From the NCBI RefSeq assembly GCF_006345805.1, contig NC_043010.1, forward strand, positions 25,668,001-25,732,000: DNA of 64,000 nt, given 5' to 3'. Position numbers and translations under genes: made by a program. Of the stretch, positions 25,625 to 39,555 are shown piece by piece. Under the pieces are notes generated by a model. That model saw only the letters and a program-made list of their open reading frames with translations. It made no database searches and had not been told where the DNA came from. Origin of the DNA: Octopus sinensis. Its lineage: Eukaryota. Position 1 is the stretch's first letter; every line of letters starts with the position of its first letter.

Positions 25625-26156
25625 AGTAGATGTTCCATGGGCGAGACTACATATCAATTTTTCTGCTCCTTTAAATGGTTTGTACTACTTAGTGGTAGTC
25701 GATCGTTTCTTGAAATGACCAGAAATTTGTAAGTGTAAAAAACCAGTCTCCTCAACTGTGATAAATTTTTTACAGGAATTGTTTTCAATATTTGGCATCC
25801 CAGACAAATTAGTGTCTGACAATGGTACACAATTTGTATCTTACAAATTTAAAAAATTTTGTGAATCATTCACGGTAGAACATATAACTATGGTGCCATA
25901 CCATCCCAGATCTAATGGAGAGGCAGAACGCTTTGTTGATACCTTCAAGAGAGCCCTAAGAAAATTGAATAAGGAAGTCACAGATGAGGTAGATCTACAG
26001 CAGTTTTTAAAAGTGTACCATGTGACACCAAATCCAAATACACCAGCAGGTAGATCACCAGCGGAGCTAATGTCTGCAAGGAAACTAAAATCAGTCTTTT
26101 ATAAATTGCTATCGGGCAAGAAAAGAAAATTAAAGTTGGTGAAAAGGTGTATATGA
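25625..26156 (+). pseudogene. Integrase core remnant
   Basis: PWARLHINFSAPLNGLYYLVVVD..., FSIFGIPDKLVSDNGTQF...PYHPRSNGEAERFVDTFKRAL. Confidence 0.92.
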
Positions 26157-26533
26157 GGGCATACAAGAATGGAAAGCAGATTTGGGAAGATGGTGTAATT
26201 ACCAAATGCATAGGTAAAAAGTAGAAAAGGTGTACAAAAGATACACAGGAACCAACTGAAAAAAAAGATTTGTGGAGAGCAAACCTAAGAAGTTGGAGGA
26301 ACTGACAAAATGGTTCTATGATATGTTCCAAGTACCAATGCCACTGCAGATGATTGAACCCAGGCATACAAGTGAGAGCCAAGGAAAATATACAGAGTTC
26401 CTGAAAATAGATGCCAAGTGCAAAAAATATTAAATTGTATGAAAAAAAACTCAAAAAAGGGAGGTGGGGGTGAATAAACAAAAATTATTGCTAAATAAAA
26501 TGACACTTCCTAAGAAAAACTTAAAAGGGGAGA

Positions 26534-26735
26534 TGTTGTCGAGAATTAGTAATAATAGTACACCCCTCCCATGTAATGAATGGAATAACCTAGTCACAAT
26601 AAATAAGAGAGTACAAAACAGTACGGCAGAGTACGTAATAGGCGGTCAAGAGATAATCTTGTCTTTACTGGTTAATAGGTATACTGTATACCAAAGTGGG
26701 TGTTATAATAATCCAACATTTTAAGGATTATAACA
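26534..26735 (+). repeat. 3' LTR, preceded by a polypurine tract at 26523-26533
   Basis: TGTTG...TATAACA, followed by the TSD GAATG. Confidence 0.9.
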
Positions 26736-27909
26736 GAATGCTAAAGAGTTAATGCTCAAAGTGCATTGCATCTGTACAGGTACATTCCTTTGCCATAAAG
26801 TGCAATGTGTGCACCCATCTCTACTTTAAAACAATTTGAATAATTCATTTTATTTCTCTTTGATACTCAGCTCATGATAAGAAGTCCACAGGTTCAATTC
26901 CTGGAGCCAGCTTTCACATTGTGTCTTTGAGCGAGGCTCTACATTTCACATTGCTTCAGTTTACTCAACTGTAATGAAAGCCAGCTACTTACTGCTGAAG
27001 CCCCCTCTCTCCCTCTCTCTCTTTCTCCTACCAGCTGTCACATCCAGAATGTTTCATTGGGTGTCAGTTGAGAAGGTGAGTGGTGAGGACAAGAAAGTGT
27101 TTATGTCTGCTAATGACTTCATAGGCATTTAAAACAATTAGCAAAAGCACAGTGGATATTACCCAGTCTTACTTGCTCATCAACGACAACAGACTGTACT
27201 GTACTGTACTGTTCTTCATCATCATCATTATCCTCATCATCATCAGCATCATCATTTAATGTCTGTCTTCAATGTTGATGTGAGTTTGATCGTTCTGCAG
27301 GATCCAATGAATCAGAGGATTGTTTTGTACTCTGGTGCCTGCTTGATTTCTATGATTGGATGCCGTTCTTGGCACCAACCTGTTTACAGAATATACAGAA
27401 TGCTTTTTTTTTCATGTCAGCACCAGCACTAGTGAGGTCAGCAAGTATTTCACAAGACTAAAGAGCAACTCTTCACATAAGTAGGAGTATGGTAGAGAAA
27501 GAGAGAGAGAGACAGGTGGTTTTATGGTTTGGGTGTTGAGAAATTAAAGTATGATGGAAGGGACAGGGACAGGGACAGGGTTTCTTGTTGTAGAGGTGAT
27601 ACATAGCTACTTCCTATTTCATATATAGGTTGGTGAGAATTATTGAGATGAAGCTGGAAAGAGAGATTAAGATGATAGTGACAAAGTATCAGAGGTAAAT
27701 AAAGGAAGAAGGTGAATAAAGAAGGGTGTGTGTGTGTGTTTGTAATAAGACTTCTTAAAAGTTGATGCTGTTCTACAACACCTTCAGGATTGAAGTCACA
27801 GATTTAGTCAATCAAATATATTACCAGCACATTTTTGGTTCTTTAAATTATCTGTCTTTTAATTCTGGAATATTAAACAAAATAGTAATCTAATTATAAT
27901 TATTATTGG

Positions 27910-28100
27910 ATTCAAATTTTGGCAGCAATTTTGGACTGGCAGGTAAGTCAATTATATCAACCCAAGGGCTCAGATGGCATTTATTTTATTGACCCCAAAA
28001 GGATGAAAGGTAAAGTTGACTCAGTGGTATTTGAACTCAGCATGTAAAATCAGAAGCATTTTTATCAGTACAGTAACAATACTGTCAGCTCACCCATTTA
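27910..28100 (-). mobile_element. SINE family B
   Basis: Family B motif flanked by (ATT)n. Further single copies lie at about 28450-28620, 30600-30810 and 36600-36790. Confidence 0.75.
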
Positions 28101-28149
28101 ATTATTATTATTATTGACCAGATCAGTAACTAGTTGATTCAGTTAAACA

Positions 28150-28445
28150 ACAGACAAAAATGTCTTGTAGTCCTCCATGTCCTGCTAGATCATCTTGCCA
28201 GGGCTTTATTCGCATTTGACACAGCAGTTGCAGGCTGGAAGAGACCTTGTGGCAGGCCTCACCCCAGAGGCAGTTGGATGTGATTGAGGAAGATCTCTGG
28301 AGGCTCGACATCACCTTGGGTGATGCAGAGGGGCTGACACAGGACTGCCAGTGATGGAGAGCACTGATGGACCTGGTCGACTCTACGCATGACAATGTCT
28401 CGGGGACCACTGACCCCGCCCCAGCCTCATGAAGCAAAGCAAGTA
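28150..28445 (+). mobile_element. RTE-like LINE extreme 3' fragment
   Basis: Relics of GRP..W.DVIEEDLWRLDITLGDAEGLTQD..WRAL. Confidence 0.6.
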
Positions 28446-28658
28446 CGGTATTTAATTACATCCCTTTACATTCTGAGTTCAAATCTTGCTTAGACTGACT
28501 TAACTTTTGTCGTTATAGAAAGATGTGCAGCATAAAGCATGAGTCATGTACTGGGGTCAATGTGATCATTTACATATAGTCCCTTCCTTATAACCAAGGG
28601 GTCTTGTGTCTAAGTTAAAAATTAATCTGATTATTATCCTCCTCATATTAATTGCAGA

Positions 28659-28691
<33 letters not shown>

Positions 28692-29859
28692 CTGTCTGCC
28701 AAAATGCATCATTCATTGTTTACAGCAAGTCTTTTGGTAGATGTTGCTGTATTCTAACTTGTATAATTATTACCATTTCCTTGGGGGAAAGTTAAATATC
28801 AACAAGCTCCTTCTCCCCCCCCCCTCTAAGTTTTTCTGTCATGTCTGTTACATAACTAGAAAAAAAAACGTCTGTTATTTCCAAAATAAAAGCAGATCTT
28901 CTAAAATACACAATGCAATATTTTTTCCCATTAAATATATATATTTGTTAGAATTCCTATCAAAACTCATTGCCATATATTTAGAGTTTATCTATATAGA
29001 ATTCAATGCTAACTAAAAATATATTAAATTTTTATAACATGTTTATTTTATTTATTTATTTTACTCTGGCTGTCTGGTTAAGAGGTTTCCTTTCCAACCA
29101 TATTGTTCCAATGTGTGTCACTTTGGTCAAGCATCTTCTTCTATAGCCCTGAGCCATCCAAAGCTTTGTAAGTGGATTTAGTAGACTAGTAGACAGAAAC
29201 TGAAAGAAGCTCATCATTTAGATCTAATTATATATAGAGAAAATAAATAAGTAAATGAGTGGAAATTGAACCAGTGGGTGTGTTAACTAACAAGGCATTA
29301 AAACACACAGAGAGTATAGGTTTAAATCTATATAGGGTTAAATAAATGCAACTAATAGCTAAATAAAAATAAATGAATAATAAACTGACTTTTTTAATCT
29401 GGGAAAATGGATTAAAAAATCATCATCATCATCATCATAATTGTTTTAATGTCTACTTCATGCTTGTTTGTTTTGGACGGAATTCATTGATGCAGATTTT
29501 CTGTAGCTTGATGCTCTTCCTGTTGCCAACCATCACTTGTTTCCAAGCAAAGTAATATTTGCCCATGACCTTATAGCTACTGTATTTTCCATTATACAAG
29601 TTATCATAGTTTAATGGAATAAACATGTAATATAATCATGTAGTGTAAACATTCAAACCTCATCACTATTTTTTCTTAATCCTGCTGCATTTCACTGGAA
29701 TTTAGAGATCAAACAAGTTGAAGACAGTGTAGACCTGAAAAATTTTTTAACTCTTTCATCTTTAAAAACAAGGTTCATAATCCGAAAAATATGATATTTT
29801 AAACAAAAACTCATCTAAAATATTTAATCTTTATTGTTCTAAAACACACTTTTTACTTA

Positions 29860-30190
29860 TGGGCGCTCCATCAGTTACAACGATGAATATTCTAGTTGAT
29901 CCAACCAACAGAACAGCCTGCTCATGAAATTAACATGCAAGTGGCTGAGCACTACACAAAACATGAGTACCCTTAATGTAGTCTTCAAGGAGATTCAGTG
30001 TGACACAGAATATGACAAGGCTGGCCCCCTTTGAATTACAGGTGCAGCTCATTTTTGCCAGTTGAGTTGACTAGAGCAACATGAAATAACGTGAATTACT
30101 CAAGGACACAATGCCCTACCAGAAACTGAACTCATGATCTAACAATTGTCAACTAAATGGCCTAACCACTGAACCACATGCCTTCACCTA
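29860..30190 (-). mobile_element. SINE family C
   Basis: Homologous to 8410-8750. Confidence 0.8.
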
Positions 30191-31118
30191 AAATACACAT
30201 TAGCTCTATAAAGTACACTCCATTTTTATAAAGACACTAAAGTTAGAGATTAATTCTTAAATATATATTTATAAATAAATTCCAAATACAAATACCATAG
30301 CTTTTCACATATAGTGGTTGGCTGATTATCTAACCATTGAAACCTTTTGGTGCTGTTATTCAAGTTTTGGTAGATATAATGTTACTCTAACCTATTGTGA
30401 AATTAAAACCTCGTCTATTATTCAAATGTTTGCAATTGAAGAACTATAACATGTGCTCAGTCAAACCCATCAAAATAACCTTTTATCAAGAGAGAATCGA
30501 AATGGTAGTTCTAGTGATATTTAAAAGAGCATGTGTGTAAGTATGTATGTGTGATGTATGTATGTGTGTGTATTTGTGGATGTGTCTATGTAATTGGTTT
30601 CACATTTTTGGCATCAGGCCAGCAATTTTGGGGTGGGAAATAAATCGATTACATTGACTTCAGTACTCAACTGGTCCTTATTTTATTGACCCCCTGAAAG
30701 GATGTAAAGTAAAGTTGACTCTGGTGGAATTTGAACTCAGAATGTAAAGATGGATGAAATGCCAGCATGCATTTCGTCCGGCATGCAAACGATTCTGTCA
30801 GCTTGCTGCCTTATGTGTTGACGTGGGCGAAAATGGGTGACCAGAAACAGCGTGGAGGTCCAGGTGGATGGATTGTCTCTGTCATTCAAAGGTCTAACTT
30901 TGTCATACTTTGTCATGCAGATTCTGTGTAAGGGTTTCATTAAACATACACATGTCTGTGGAATACTCAATCACTTACATGCTTATACAGTGAGTAGGTG
31001 ATTCAGATGATCAGACACCTGAATATTTATTGTCAAAAACAGCAGAGATCCAATACTCTAAAGTGGCATTTCAATCACTTGCTTACTTCTATCGATTATG
31101 TATATATATATAGATATA

Positions 31119-31677
31119 TGGTGGCTGCCCCCTCGTTATCGAGTATGGCCATTGCACAAAGCTTAATCAATGTTGTTATTGTGCAATGCCTGTGCAAGAA
31201 GATTTGTTTTTAAAGTGAGGAAAGGCTGTGCACTGTGTCAGTCCCACTCACTAAGCAACAGCAGCCATAATCCGAAAAGAAGAACAAATCAACATCATTG
31301 GTAACCACTGAGCCACAGGTTTTATGTCGGAGTTATCCCAGTTACCTGAGTTACCTTCTCCTAGAAGGATGCCCTAACAAAGGCTCGGAGTCCTTCACGC
31401 CCAATGGTTTAACCGCGCGATCGGGTATTCGTCCAATTATTTCTATGTCCCCGCGCATGATACAGCCTTAAGACATTTATTGGATGGCCATTGACTCTCA
31501 AGAGTTCCTCCGCCCTTTGACAAGTTTTGTTTTTCATCCTGCAGGGTGTCCAATAAACACTCTCCTCACTAAGCAAGCTTGGTGGGGTTGCCGGTTTAGT
31601 CTCCGACGACCCAACCATGCAACAGGTTGTACTGGGTTTACATGTTACCAGTCGCACTTGAAAGTGACCTGACATAA
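31119..31677 (-). mobile_element. Non-coding RTE-5'UTR-like element between (TA)n tracts
   Basis: ccttctcctagaaggatgccctaacaaaggct resembles the RTE 5' UTR consensus as I recall it. No RT coding sequence, and (TA)n on both flanks. Confidence 0.55.
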
Positions 31678-31712
31678 AATATATATATATATATATATAA
31701 TATTTACACACA

Positions 31713-31751
<39 letters not shown>

Positions 31752-31785
31752 TATATATATATATACATATATATATACATATATA

Positions 31786-31827
<42 letters not shown>

Positions 31828-32020
31828 ATATATATATACTATATATATATACATATATATATATATGTATATATATTATATATATATGCATATATATATA
31901 TATATGTATATATATCATATAGATATGTATATATAGGTGTGTGGTGTGTATATATATATATATTATATATATGGCATGTATATATATATATGCATTATAT
32001 ATATATATATTATATATAAG

Positions 32021-32063
<43 letters not shown>

Positions 32064-32088
32064 GTATTTATATGTGTATATATATATA

Positions 32089-32124
<36 letters not shown>

Positions 32125-32371
32125 ATATTTAATTGTATTTAGGAATGGTCATTTTGCCAGTTTAGCCAATAAAAACACACGCACTATATATTTGGTGTTA
32201 CTTTGCTTCAGCGTTATTTATTTTTTACATTAATCTTAATCTTAATCTTATTTCGGCCAGAGTTCTATCATCACACTCCCGTGACCACATCAAAATCTTG
32301 CAAAAAAATCTTGCAAAACAAATATATAAACGTATATATATATATACATATATATATGTGGTGTGTGTGTG

Positions 32372-32438
<67 letters not shown>

Positions 32439-33028
32439 ATCTATGTGTGTGTATCTATCTTAATGTGTTTTCTTTTTGCATGACACTATTGCCCAAGGTT
32501 CCTGTGGTCTTTTCCGTAGGCTTTTCTATCCATGGACAAGCCTAATCTGTTTTCCCTTTTTACATGGACATTTCTGTGATACACAATCCCTATTGATTGT
32601 CCCCACTTTTTTTTTTCACGATCCCTTTTGATCAGAATTTGCCCCACTTTTTTTCTTTCTTTTTTTTTCCTTCTGTTCTTCCCAAAAAGAAAAGCTCTAC
32701 TTTGTATTTTGTCCCTTCTGTGTTCGGTCTGGCATGGCCAATAAAGGAATCTAGCTATCTATCTATCTATCTATCTATCTGTCTATCTGTCTATCTATCT
32801 ATCTATCTATCTATCTATATATATATATATATATATAATATATATATATATTATATATATATATTATATATACATGTATATGTGGGTGGGTGTGTATCTG
32901 TCTATCTATCTTTCTATCTATATATATATATATATATATACCAAGTAAGCACATAAATGTGAAACAAGATTGAAAAAATAGTACTCGAATACTGGAGATA
33001 GAGTAATATGCTTTTATATACATGTATG

Positions 33029-33061
<33 letters not shown>

Positions 33062-34474
33062 ATATACACAGCTAAGTACGATATGGGTAAACACCTTGTA
33101 GAATGCTATGCAAAGCTTTCTACAGTTATTGGCTACCTGATGTCATCATACAGTGGAAATACTCTTGCTACTGGATATACATCAGGAATTTTTTAGTGTG
33201 TGTGTTTATGTATATATATACACATAAACACACACACACACACACACAAACATATATACATTTACATTAGGGCATTGCATTCATGATTGTAGGGTTGTAG
33301 CTTTGATTCCCAGACCAGTGGTGCATTGTGTCTACGAGTAAATCTCTTCATTTCATGTTGCTCCAGTCCACTCTGCTCTAAATGAGTCACCCTGCAATGG
33401 ACTAATCTTTTATTCAGGAGGAATGCTGGCCTCCCTACCTAATCCAGGATGTGGTATCATTCAACAGCTTATAGTTGCATTGGTATATATATATATATAT
33501 ATATATCATCATTTAACATCTATTTTCCATGCTGGCATGAGGTGGGCAGTGTGACAGGAGCCACATCAAGTTCCATTGTCTGCTTTGAGATGCTTTCTAC
33601 AGCTGGATACCCTTCCTCATACCAGCTTCTTTACAAAGTTACTGGGTTGTTTTTATGTGGTATCATCACCAATGCTTCTTTCATGGCTCCAGCACCAGTG
33701 TTTTTTATATGGTACCCACACCAGTGCTTTTTACATGGTACCAGCACCGACAGGGTCACCCTGTACCTGCAAGACAAAACCCCCTGTCAATCCCAATTGA
33801 TTAGAATATATATATATATATTCTAATCTATTGGGATGGATATAGAGCTAGTCTACCACTCCTACAGCTTTGAAAACTAGTATCTCATAGTTAGATTACA
33901 TCATTTTCTTTTTTTTACTAGAGTTAATGCAGTTTTTACTAGAATTAATGCCGATTAAGACCATTAAGAACTTCCTTAATTTGTTTCAAGATTAGTTTGG
34001 CTGTTTTGAGGAATCGTTGTGATTTTTTAGGAAAGGTCATGGAAGATTGTACTGTCGGTACCTACTGGAGAGATTCTTCAGTCAGATGTTTTTGTATTAA
34101 GATAGGGAATAGTCTAACAATTTTTATTTTTATTTTTTCTTTTTTTTATTTTTTTGTTTTTGAAGATAAGTAACATTTACCAACATGACCTTTTATCAAA
34201 ATATGAGTAAACTAGATTAATAAAAACCTACATGTGTATGTCTGTGTGTGTGTGTGTGTGTGTGTTTATGGCCCTGGTTAAACATTCGAGATGAATTCTA
34301 AATATCAGCTGATTTTAAAGAAGCAACATGGAGAGGCTTTTATGCAGAAAGGATGGTGTGTTAAAATGCAATAACAAACAGCTAATAAAGAATTTATGTA
34401 GCCACTCTAAGTACTGAAAAATTACATAATGGTAATTCCATTTTATGCCAAACTTTGAATCATAAATGACTTAT

Positions 34475-35000
34475 CAATATCAGGACAGGCAGATGTTTGC
34501 TTTCCAAATATGTAGTCTTGGGGTTCAGTCCCACTGTGTGGCACTTTAGTCGAGTGCAGTGTGATATAGCCCCATGTTGAACAAATCCTTGTAGATGAAA
34601 ACTGTAAGAAGCCCTTTGTGTACATACATCTATATGGTTGCTTCCCAATCACAGGATTCTGGGTTCAGTCTCACTGCATGGCATCTTGGGCAAGTGTCTT
34701 CTACTATAACCTTGGGCCTACAAAAGCCTTGTGAGTGGATTTGGTAAACAGAAACTGAAAGAAGCCCATCTTATGTGTGTGTGTTTGTGTGAGTGTGTTT
34801 GTCCCCACTACTACATGACAACTGGTGTTGGTGTGTTTACATCCCCATAACCTAGTGATTTGGAAAAAGGGACTAATAAAATAAGTGCCTGGCTTTGAAA
34901 AAAATAAGTACTGGGGTCAATTCCCTCAACTAAAAGTTCAAGGCAGTGCTCCAGCATGGCCAAAGCCTAATGACTGAAACAAGTAAAAGATAAAAGATAG
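34475..35000 (+). mobile_element. SINE family A with a duplicated 5' head
   Basis: The head segment gggttcagtc..actg..tggca occurs twice (about 34520 and 34660) before one body and tail. Confidence 0.75.
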
Positions 35001-35609
35001 CTATGATTAAATACACTTGACACATGACAATTGAACCACATAGGATTCAGCTCTGTACATATATATGGTGGTTGTCTGCTCCTTATGCAGAGTCTGACCA
35101 CCTCTTCTACCTACGCCTTAGATCCATCATGGCATCTTGTGTGGCTTTTTAAACCAGACAATCTATTTTAAAAGACACCCTCATAGATTGCATATCTGAT
35201 TTGGACCACCAAGAGCTGCAGCTAAGTTCTGATCTTTGTGGATCTTAAAATATCTTTTGAGGCCTCCATTAGATTTGCAGACCTCGTGGCATACACGACA
35301 TTGAAAGGTGTGCACAGACATATAAGCAGAATAGTTGGTGGAGATTCATTTTACATGGATCCACAAATGAGATTTGAGCCCAGCAAAAGAAAGGCATGGT
35401 CTGTCACAAAATGTGCACCGAAGAAGGTCGCTGAGATTCACCTTCTCAACCTCAACATTCTTCTTAAAATCTCTTTTGAGTCATATTTATTGATTTATAT
35501 GTATGTATAAACAAATGTCTCTAACAGATCCTCCATCTGAAGTGGTTCGACAGAGTGCCAAACACTGACCTGTGGGAAAGGGCCAACCAGGAGCCCATAC
35601 ATGTTCAGA

Positions 35610-35875
35610 TTAGATGAAGGAAATGGAGATGGATCGGATACACACTGAGGAAAGAACCCTCAAATGTTACATGACATGCACTTGACTGGAACCCGCAGGG
35701 GAAAAGGAAGTGAGGATGCCCAAAGCAGACATGGAAGTGGAGCATTTTGGACGAGCTCAGGACTGCCAGCCTGACATGGGAAGCAGCCAAGAAACACACC
35801 AATGACCGCAAAAGGTAGAAAACAACTGTTGAGGCCCTATGCTCCACAAGGGGCAAAAAGGATTAAGAAGAAGAG
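35610..35875 (+). mobile_element. RTE LINE C-terminal fragment (second RTE family)
   Basis: [36 protein letters not shown]...TWEAAKKHTNDRKR...ALCSTRG. Confidence 0.8.
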
Positions 35876-36794
35876 AATGCATAAACAAAAGCTGTGCAGA
35901 TAATACTGGACTGACTTGGTGCTTCAACTTAAGTACCTAATTCAACTGAATCTTAATTATTTCTGTATGTATGTATGTATATGTTTGTGTGTCTTGACAT
36001 TGCTTGGTGATTGCTAATGAGTATCACTGTCATACAAGTGGTGTCAACATTCTGAAAAAAGCATATCAAGCCCTGAGGAAATATTATCTTGCTTGGAAAC
36101 AGGTAAGGGTAGGTGACAGGAAGGGCATCCAGCCTTAGAAAATCTACCTTGATAAACTCCATCCAACACATGGAAGCATGGAAAAGTAAACCTTAGAACA
36201 ATACTGATGAGGATGAGGAAAAGGAGGAAGATGATAATAGAAGAAATGTAAAAGAGATGTAACACTCTGTTATAATACATGGGCAAACTCTAAATTGCAA
36301 GAAGAATATTATAAAACATGGAATATGGATGGGATTCCAGATAAAGTGTATTTAAAATAATTATTGCAAAAGTTTGAAGTTCATTATAATGATTAATTGA
36401 TAAAGTTTGATTAGAGCAACAGGCATCATTAACCTTTTTGTTATTATATTTTTGTTGAAATACACTGATTTGGTTTCAATCAATTTTGAAAAATTACAAA
36501 GAATGTGATGTTTGGGACATAAATGAAAATTTGATGTTAAGTTTTAAATCTAGATAACTTAGAAACTGACATAGGAGTAGTAGTAATAATAATAATAATA
36601 CCTGGAATTTGTGGGGTGGCGGATAGTTGATTGCATCGACCTCAGTACTTGACTGGTACTTTAATTCATTGACTCCAAAAGGATGAAAGGCAAAGTTGAC
36701 CTCTGCAGAATTTGAACTCAGAACGTAGCAACAAGCAAAATGCTACTAAGCATTTTGCCTGGCATGCTGACCATTCTGCCAGGTCACCGCCTTA

Positions 36795-36828
<34 letters not shown>

Positions 36829-36865
36829 GAAGAAGAAGAAGAACAAGAACAACAACAACAACAAC

Positions 36866-37196
36866 AACAAGAGCACTCAGAGAGCGCAAACCTCTGCCAA
36901 GGTAATACCAACATCCTCTCAACGATTAGCCAGAGATGAAATAAACTTGACTGCTCTCACAAACAAGAATACTGAAAATGAACCCTATTGCTCCCAAAAA
37001 TTAAGTAAAAAACAAGAACAATAATTCAGAATCCTTGCCCAGTACCAAATCAATCCCAAAATCTAATCAGTTTGTGCCAGCCAAACATCCTTCAAAGTTT
37101 CATCTGAATCCATCCAGCAGTTCTTGAGATATCTTGTCCATGGACATACAAACAAACAAACACAACTGAAAACAATACCTCCGCCTTCACTATGTA
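36866..37196. mobile_element. Possible non-autonomous Helentron/DINE-1-like element
   Basis: Starts aacaagagcactcagagagcgcaaacctctgcc, contains a (CAAA)n tract near the end, and finishes aacaatacctccgcc. Sits between (AAC)n and (AAT)n tracts. The classification is from recalled resemblance only. Confidence 0.4.
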
Positions 37197-37909
37197 ATAA
37201 TAATAACAATAATAATGATAATAATAATAATAGTAATAACAACAACAACAACAACAACAACAATAATAGTAATTGTAATAATAATAGTAATGGTTTCAAA
37301 TGTTGGCACAGAGCCAGCAGTTTTTGAGGGGAAGAGAAGTCAATTACGTTGACCCTAGTACTTGATTGGTACTTATTTTATTGACCCCGAAAGAATGAAA
37401 GGCAGTGGTGGTGATAATGATAATGATTTAATTAGATAGATAGAAAGACAGACAGACAGAAGGGCATGCATGGTTTCAGGTTCAATCCCACAGCTTGGCA
37501 TCTTAGGCATGAATTTCTGCCTAGAGCAACTAATATCTTTCGAGTGGATTTGGTTGTCAGAAACTGTGAAGAATCTGTGTGTGTGTTTGTTTGTCTTTTA
37601 CTGCTTGACAGCCAGTGTAGGTTCGTTTACATCCTCATACCTTAGCAGTATGACGACATGGAGACTGATGGAATAAGAACTAGAATTCAAATAAATACTG
37701 GAGCTAATCTGATCTTCGCAAAAAAATTTAAGAAAACCTTCTGAGTGGTGTCCCAGCATGGCTGCTATCCAATGAGTAAAACAAGTATAAGAATATTATG
37801 TATATCTGCATGTGTGTGTGTTGTTCTTCACATCAAAATGATTTAGAAACTTCAAGAAATAATGGTGAGTCTCAAAGCTTTTTCTGCTTCAAGTCTCACC
37901 ATTAAAAAG

Positions 37910-38021
<112 letters not shown>

Positions 38022-39137
38022 ATATCATTCATCGGTTTTAGGATATAAAAACTTAATAATATTTCCAACAGAACTGCTGCTGATTTTTCTGTCATCATTA
38101 TCTTAAAATATTAAATTAAACATTTTCTTTTTTCTACACTTGCAGATTATTTGTCATGCTCATATTGCTATATGTTCACACTGTGTATATGTGTTTATGC
38201 TTGTGTGTGTATATATATCTATAGCTATCTATCTATCTTTCTATCTATTTCTCTCTCTGTATATATATATAGAATATAGATATATATTTACATACACACA
38301 CACATATATTTACACACACACACATACACACACACACACACAAACAGACACACATACATGTATGTGCATTTAATTCCTGCCTCGTAAAGTTGAAGCAACC
38401 TAATCTAACATTTGATTAAATGTCTCATCTTCTTCGTCTATTATTCTTAATTGATAATTATTCATATTTGATGCAGGTTGTTATTGAATAGTCCTCTCTA
38501 TAACGATCAATCAATATCTTCTAATGTTTCTGAAATTTTTCTCGTCATTCAATTTAAACGGAATCCTTTTCACATGAGAAAAATATTTTGTAGTAGTCTT
38601 GAGGAATTAGTCAATAAGTAATACAATTGCTTAGACTGGAACAAGATCTGGTGTAATATGAAATAAGATGGTTTTGAAAATGATAAGTTGGTTGAAATGT
38701 GATTTGGCACCAGAAGAGGTAAAAAAAACACAACAAAAAACACTGCCATGAAAAGGGAAAAGGCAAACAAACAAACAAAGGACTAAAAAAAGGGAAAAAA
38801 ATATTTAAAAAATAAAGTAGATATTTTTAATCAAATCTAATCATTTGATTGATATTGAAATAAAAGAAAAAAAAATCAAACAAAAAATAGTATATATTCA
38901 ATTTTCCAGTAGTTCACCTCCCAGATCAGACTTCTAAGTCTAAATTAGGAGATAATTTAAATCAAAACATTTCTTCATTACATAAATTATTTTTCACCAC
39001 CACCACCACCACTGCCGCCGCCAACAATAACAGCAATAATTATAATAATCATTATTATTTCTTCTTTCTCCTTCTGCCCCTACCCATGCTGCGATGATGG
39101 ACTTTCATCAAACAAATTCACACCCATTCCATACTCA

Positions 39138-39178
<41 letters not shown>

Positions 39179-39299
39179 CAGCATACCCATCCCAATACCT
39201 CTTTTTTTTCTGTATCTGCTCCAGTTATTACTCTATGGTAACAACTTGTGGCATCACATCATTTTCCCCATCTCAAGACTTATAAATTCCACATCTAGC

Positions 39300-39555
39300 G
39301 GCACATGTGACTATCCACCATCTTTCCAACAACAACCTTTGGCCACATTTTTGAATTCAATATCTCTACCACTCATAGACGTGCTAATAAAACCAAAGAA
39401 AGCAGCACATCACCCATGACTTTTGGAAATATTTTTTTCACATTAAAAATTGTCAAAGCATGGAATAAACTACTACATCAGTTGTTAGCTGTCAGAACAC
39501 CACACCCTTCAAAACTTCTATGCTCTCCAAGATTCTCCACAGCTACTCCTGATGT
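39300..39555 (+). mobile_element. Decayed CR1 3' fragment, homologous to 5780-6100
   Basis: catgacttttggaaatattttttcaca...gcatggaataaacta...gttgttagctgtc aligns with the reverse complement of the 5900-6050 region. Confidence 0.65.

Larger units (their letters stand above)
23391..26735 (+). mobile_element. Gypsy (Mag-like) LTR retrotransposon, decayed, RT/RNaseH-deleted, with nested SINEs
   Basis: Two 202-bp LTRs, 5-bp TSD GAATG (23386-23390 and 26736-26740), PBS-like tggtgatgagga, PPT aaaaggggaga, and gag, protease and integrase relics in Gypsy order. Confidence 0.92.

Noticed and set aside
31580-31677. Possible HDV-like ribozyme at the 5' end of the RTE-leader-like element
   Set aside because: I could not fit P1/P3/L3/P1.1 in the required order by hand.
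32235-32290. Hammerhead-like words on the minus strand (TGATGA...GAAA)
   Set aside because: C3 is missing, and helix II and the cleavage triplet cannot be formed convincingly.
35060-35470. Possible decayed RTE on the minus strand
   Set aside because: Only faint motif relics, too degenerate to call.
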